64,000 nucleotides of DNA, from assembly GCA_951406725.2 (NCBI GenBank), contig OX597834.1:14012001-14076000 (forward strand), written 5' to 3'. Shown piece by piece: positions 57,290-64,000 of the stretch (positions are counted from its first letter, which is position 1; each line of letters begins with the position of its first letter). Position numbers and translations under genes: made by a program. The DNA comes from Octopus vulgaris. Taxonomy: Eukaryota. The notes under the pieces were generated by a model. That model did not search any database, was not told where the DNA came from, and saw nothing but the letters and a program-made list of their open reading frames with translations.

Positions 57290-58788
57290 ATATGATAAGT
57301 GCTATCAGTCGACAGTTATCCAAATTTTGCGTGTGTTATGGAAGGTTTAGCCTTGACTATTATCTATAATTTTAGCATGTTCTGTAGTCTGTGGAATGGA
57401 AAGAATTATGTGTTTCCTTACATCATGTCTACGAAGACTGTGACCAATAACCTCCATTATTGTTTTTATCGCTAGAAAGATGGCAGATTGGAGAATCTCT
57501 CAAATGGGAATGGTGGAAATTTCAACTTCGAATATCTACATCTAGCGTGGACAATGACATTTTATGATGCACTTACAAACACATACGCATACACACAGAC
57601 ATACTAACACACAGATACAGACTCACAGACACACAAACATTTATGGGGAAATTACATACATCATGTCAGGATGCATGTCTCGCGAAATACAAATAAAAAT
57701 TGATATGTTGATAGAAATATCTAAAGAAAAGTATGAACCGAAGGTCAATAAAACCTTATCATAGACATCCCATAATAATTGAAACATGTAAAATATACTC
57801 TCATGTAAGTGGGGTGATGAATGTGATGCGGGGACGTGATGTGAAATAGTGATATACTCTCCGAATCACACGGGAATGGATCAAGTGTAGAACAAGATCA
57901 CTTTATTGAATTATTTTCAACGAATTTCCCAGTATTTTTGTACTTCGAAGCTTCTTTAAAATTTCTTGAATTCATTCTATAGAAATAACTAGAAATAACT
58001 ATAGAATATATTCGAAATTTGCTCCATTAATATATTTCCATTTCTGAGATTTTACGTTTCGGTTCCATTACTAAAAGCCAAAGAAGCTTATCCTTTGATA
58101 CAAAATGATTAATGGCTGCGGCGTAACCAAATATGGCTCCAAGCCGTTCTTCCCTGTTTAAAATTTTTGTTCATATAAAACTGTAGAAAATCTTTAGCGT
58201 TGCTGCCATGCTAAAATTCTATTTTTCTTCGGTCAACATGCAAAGAAAATGAAGTCTTTCATTAATCAACTTCATATTGTTTTAGAGTTCCATATTTCAT
58301 TGCTGACAACTGTGCTAAAGCGACGCTGTAATATTTAAATTCGGTTCTAACACATTTTCAATGATTTGTGCGATCTGTTCAAAACGACGTGGCATGAGTT
58401 CAGCTTTTTCGAGCTAAATTACTACTATTATTTATCCGTCTGACTAAATCAATACTAACAGTCATATTTAAACTGAATTTTTACTTTCCTGAGATGGAGT
58501 CCGCTGCCACGAATATAAAAAATCGAAAAATTTTTAGAGATGACATTTTCAAGATATTTATGTAGCTTAGGGCTTCGTAAATATCTATGGAAGTATCATT
58601 GGAAATGATAAACAAACTATTTTATCACATTTGTTATTTATTTTATCATATATTTATTACATAATATACATATATTTTTTTGTTAACAAAAGTCTAGTAG
58701 ATAATTTGTTTATCTTTTTTTACATATTTAGAAAACATACTAAAGACCAAAGTTATATTCAGAATTATAAATACACACACACACACAC

Positions 58789-58835
<47 letters not shown>

Positions 58836-58836
58836 C

Positions 58837-58930
<94 letters not shown>

Positions 58931-58943
58931 GGAATTTTAAACA

Positions 58944-59208
58944 TGGAGGCGCGTGGCTTAGTAGTTACAGCATTCGTCTCACGATCGTAAGGTCGGGGTT
59001 CAATTCCTGGCAAAGCGTTGTGTCCTTCAGTAAGATACTTTTTCAAGTCGCTCCCGTCCACTCAGCTGGCAAAAATGAGCAGTATTTGTACTTTATGGGT
59101 ACGCGTGTCTGTGGAATGCTCAGCCACTTGCATGTCAGTTTCACGAGCAAGCTGTTTGTTCGATCGTATCAGCTGGGACCCTCGTCGTCGTAACCGACGG
59201 AGTGCTCC
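58944..59208 (+). mobile_element. Diverged family C-related SINE
   Basis: tRNA-like head and the same CTCGTCGTCGTAACCGACGGAGTGC tail, different middle. Confidence 0.78.
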
Positions 59209-59222
59209 TTTGTTATATATGC

Positions 59223-59307
<85 letters not shown>

Positions 59308-60577
59308 CAGACAGACAGAGACAGATAGAGTGAGAGTGTGAGAGAAATACATAGATAGATAGTAGATGACATGAGATTTCCATCACATATAGACAGATAT
59401 TTAATTAAGTTAATTATACTTATTTGGTTACATGTATTTGTCTAATCAGCATTCACAACAACTTTACATTAGTAACACTAACAGTATTTTACTAATATAC
59501 ATATGCACCATGTGGTAATTAAGAAATTTACCAAAATTATTATATAGGAAATGGCTCACAAACACACAATCCACGTAGACACAATCATGCCACTGTACAC
59601 AGAACCACATACACACACACCCATATATATTTCGTTCGGCCCCTTTCTTCCCTTGCCTTCTAGGCCACAAGACATATATACATGCATACAAGTGTACATA
59701 TGCACAGGCTTAACACTAATTCCCAGATACACTCAAGGCAGACCCTGATGAGAGAGTGCCTGTCATCGGCTCGGTTGCGAATTGTGATGATAGAAATTTT
59801 ACAGACAACCGATTGATTACTTAACTAACACTTTAAACAAACAATACGTTAGTTAATCGGTTAGGAGTTTAATCGAGTCACTTATGATAGAGAAGTGATA
59901 CTGGACCAGTGCGTGTCTCAATTAATTCTGGTGTACTGACCTTCACAAGACACAACAGGATTTTGTTTCAAAACACAAACTCTTAACAAGATTCTTTAAA
60001 AACAAATACAAAAGTTACATAATTTAAAATGAAGCCGGAAAAATATTCTAACGTTAAGAAGGGAATATATATCGTATACAAAATGTAAGCTATATGGTGT
60101 AGCGACTAATATTGTTACAGACGTTTCCATCATCGATGATCTATAACTGGAGGTATATATGTTCCTCATTAGGAAAGTAAGCAAGGAAATTATTTTGTTT
60201 TTGACTGGTACTTGTAAATCAAAATTAGCATCAATACCATTACAAGCATGATTTTCCTAAGAATGTGATCGGTTAAGAAGCACGCTTACAAGCCTGAATG
60301 CTTTAATTAAAGTATTTTATTACAGTGTTTACCTGTAAATGCTCTTGATACTTTGACAACATGTTTATGTAAACCTGGTATCTGCATTGCTAGCACGAAA
60401 CCTCAACTGCTTGGTTGCTCACCAATAGCTAATAATTTTAACGTAGAGTGAGAGAAAATAAACAGAGCGTCGTATCCTGAAATGCGTTCAGGTTTCTTTC
60501 ACTATTATTTCTATCAACATCTCTATCTGTCTCTGTCTCTGTCAGTCTCTGTCTCCTTCAGTCCGTCTATAAATGTC

Positions 60578-61173
60578 GCTTTACTACCCACAAGGGGCTA
60601 AATATAGAGAGGACAAACAAGGACAGACAAAGGGATTTAGTTGATTACATCATCCCCCGTCCGTAACTGGTACTTAATTTATCGACCTCGAAATGATGAA
60701 AGGCAAAGTCAACCTCGGCGGCATTTGGCATCAGAACGTAACGGCAGACGAAATACGTATTTCTTTATTACCCACAAGGGGCTAAACACAGAGGGGACAA
60801 ACAAGGACAGACATAGGTATTAAGTCGATTACATCGACCCCAGTGCGTAACTGGTACTTAATTTATCGACCTCAAAATGATGAAAGGCAAAGTCAACCTC
60901 GGCGGCATTTGGCATCAGAACGTAACGGCAGACGAAATACATATTTCTTTATTACCCACAAGGGGCTAAACACAGAGGGGACAAACAAGGACAGACATAG
61001 GTATTAAGTCGATTACATCGACCCCAGTGCGTAACTGGTACTTAATTTATCGACCTCGAAAGGATGAAAGGCAAAGTCGACTTCGGCGGAATTTGAAATC
61101 AGAACGTAACGGCAGGCGAAATACCGCTAGACATTTCACCCGGCGTGCTAACGGTTCTACCAGCTGGCCGCCT
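60578..61173 (-). mobile_element. SINE family B tandem trimer (period about 183 bp)
   Basis: TACCCACAAGGGGCTAAA occurs three times; only the last unit has the head. Confidence 0.9.
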
Positions 61174-62190
61174 TCACCCTATCTATATATTTAAATATTT
61201 ACTATTCCACCTATGTATCTATATTTAACGTGCACGAAAATAATGTCACATATTCATGAACCACGACGCAATAAAATATATAGATACAAAAAGATCGAAC
61301 GGGGGAGTTGGCGGATATTCTTAGTAAATTCACTGTTGTAAAATAAATTTCTATACATAGTTAGTCAATTAACAAACCCACTTAATAAATCAATATTCTC
61401 TACTTGAAGTTTAATCATACTTATGTTGACAAAGTATAAGTATTATTCTGTTACGTCTACGCACACGACAATGGCTGCCAGAAAATATTTTGACGAAGAG
61501 AATTTAGCTGATGATAATAATAGTATATTTTTTTCTACAAATGTTAAAGTTAGACAATATTAATATATTTCGAACAGAACCTATTATTGATATTCTTACG
61601 CATAATATTTAATGCATACTATTTACCATTCAGATAGTTTTAAACTAACATTTATTATTATATATCATAAACTGGATGTGAAAGTAATTATCTGGTAATG
61701 CAATTACTACATTAGCCCATTAGACTATAAACTATCTTAAAATATATTTCATTCAATTAAGTCATATATTTGTGTTATGAAAGCATATACAAATCATTGA
61801 TTAGTCTTGTTTACATTAACGTGAGACTGTTTCTTTGCTTCTAATTTAGTTTCCATGACAACGAAACAATAAGCTGTAAGACATCTCTCTAGCCCACTAC
61901 ACATGAAATTCAATTGTGTAATATGTGTTTGTCTGTGTGTACAGTGTCTCTGTATATAAATATTGCTGTAGATATAAGTATATATCTACACGCATATATC
62001 ATTTATCTTTATCTTTTTACGTGCTTCACTAATTAGATTGCAGCCAAGCTGGGCACTGCTTTGAAGAATTGTTAGTTGAAGAAATCGACACCAGTATGGT
62101 TTGCATGCTTCGTACATATTCCACCGGTCTCTTTTTCCGAACCGCCAAATTACGGGAAAGTAAATACACCAACATATGTAGAGTACTATA

Positions 62191-62418
62191 TATTTCTTTA
62201 CTACCCACAAGGGGCTGAATATAGAGGGGACAAACAAGGACAGGCAAAAGGATTAAGTTGATTACAGTTTTGGATTAGATGAAGGTACTTTATTTATCGA
62301 CCCCGAAAGGATGAAAGGCAAAGTCGACCTCGGCGGAATTTGAACTCAGAACGTAACGACAGACAAAGTACCGCTACGCATTTCGCCCGGCGCGCTAACG
62401 ATTCTGGAAGCTCGTCGC
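62191..62418 (-). mobile_element. SINE family B, adjoining a family A tail fragment at about 62015-62175
   Basis: Family match. Confidence 0.85.
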
Positions 62419-63165
62419 ATTATATGAGAGTACTATATATTAAACACAGTTGGTATAACTAGAGAGAGAGAGAGAGAAAGAAAACATAAAGAAAGAAAGA
62501 AAGAAAGAAAGAAAGAGAGGTAGTGAAAGGTGAGGGAGATATAGTGAGAGAACAATATATTAGTTGAATGCCGCTGACATAACTATTTTCTGCTCCTCAT
62601 ACATACGAAGAAAAATATTTTCACACACATAAAGAGAGACAAGCAATTAGAGACAAAGACAGAGAGGGAACAAGGGGAGAGAGAAAGAGAGTGTAAGGGA
62701 AACAGTGAGAGAGGGAGAGACAAAGAGACAGTCAGAAAAACATCAGAGGTGATGTAGTGAAATAGCGAGGCTTTAATATGTCTGGCATCAGTGACGAATT
62801 AATGACGTGAGATAGGCGACGACAAAGACGCATCATACCTCTGAAAACAGGTTCTTCGCTATTGGTAATAAACTTTCTGCTAAGATTCATCAATATGACG
62901 CTGATTATTCGATGAGTATTGCGATGGTGTAAAAGAAAATCTAATCTACGATTATTATCATAGAATTTCTCATTTCTAACTCATTGCGTGGAACAGAACG
63001 ATTATGAGAGAAACTATATTATTCAATTTAGTTTATGCAAACATTTTATGTAGCAATGCTTCATTGCCTATTTGTAGATTAATAGACCGAGTTAATGCAT
63101 ATACGCCAGATTTCTTCATCTAATCCAATGAAGTCTGCATAAAAGAAAATAAATCCATAAAACTA

Positions 63166-63330
63166 GGCGAAGGGGGTGGCCTTGTGGTAAGTAGCTTGCT
63201 TGCCAACCACCTGGTTCTGGGTTCGGTCCCACTACGTAACACCTTGGGAAACTTCCTTCTCCTATAGCTTCGGGCCGACGAATCCTTGTGAGTTGATCTG
63301 GTAGACAGAAACTGAAAGAAACCCGTCGTG

Positions 63331-63363
<33 letters not shown>

Positions 63364-63379
63364 ATGTGTGTGTGTATGC

Positions 63380-63426
<47 letters not shown>

Positions 63427-63663
63427 TATATGTATATGTGTGTGTGTCTGTGTTTGTGTTTGTGTCCCACCTCCCATAAATGCTTGACAACTAATGTTGG
63501 TGTGTTTACGCACCCGTAACTTAGCGGCTCGGCAAAAGAAAACTATAAAATAAGTACCAGGCTTACAAAGAATAATGCTCTGGGTTCGGTGTTTTCCTCT
63601 CAAAAGGCGATGCACCAGCATGGTCGCAGACAAATGACTGAAACAAATAAAAGAACAAAAGAA
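63166..63663 (+). mobile_element. Diverged SINE family A
   Basis: Head, microsatellite and tail all recognisable. Confidence 0.85.
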
Positions 63664-64000
63664 CTCATATAATCATCATTTCTCTTTTCCTCTCATCAAA
63701 TTCAGTGTCGGACTTCGCCAAATTAATCGTTGGGATTATCATAGCTGTTGCATGATAATCCATCGGCCGACCGAATGAGCATCACTGTAACTGGATTATC
63801 AGTTTGAAACCTTGGCTTTTAAAGTAATTTGGATTGAACAACGAGTTTTAACATTTAAAAGTTCAATCAACCACCACTATCATCATCGCCACCTCCATCA
63901 TCGCAACCCTAACCATCACCACCACCACCACCACAATCACGACATCCATCATAACCACTAACATTATCACCACCGCTAACATCACCACCACCAATATTAT

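Noticed and set aside
59740-59810. CTGATGAG suggesting a hammerhead
   Set aside because: No properly placed GAAA, helix III or helix I partner
61849-61862. X-box match GTTTCCATGACAAC
   Set aside because: Isolated motif with no adjacent exon or promoter evidence

Overview
AT-rich, microsatellite-saturated animal DNA with no confidently identifiable host gene. Nearly all listed ORFs are translations of simple repeats. The SINE repertoire and extreme (TA)n density suggest an octopus genome (inference from recalled repeat sequence). The window holds three common tRNA-derived SINE families, 3' fragments of RTE and CR1/L2-type LINEs, a Helitron helicase relic, mariner, Merlin-like and hAT-like MITEs, and a 110-bp minisatellite. 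The most striking unexplained signal is a set of minimal type-I hammerhead ribozyme (HHR) motifs, folded by eye, from about six distinct short repeat families, mostly embedded in (TA)n arrays. Several have variant catalytic cores (U4C, A6U, a compensatory G3-C8 swap), and several lie in fold-back hairpins typical of Penelope-like element (PLE) ends. One family joins a tRNA-like Pol III head, an (AAT)n spacer and an HHR tail, so it is a candidate PLE-mobilised, self-cleaving SINE. No database searches or folding programs were run, and most repeat boundaries are approximate.
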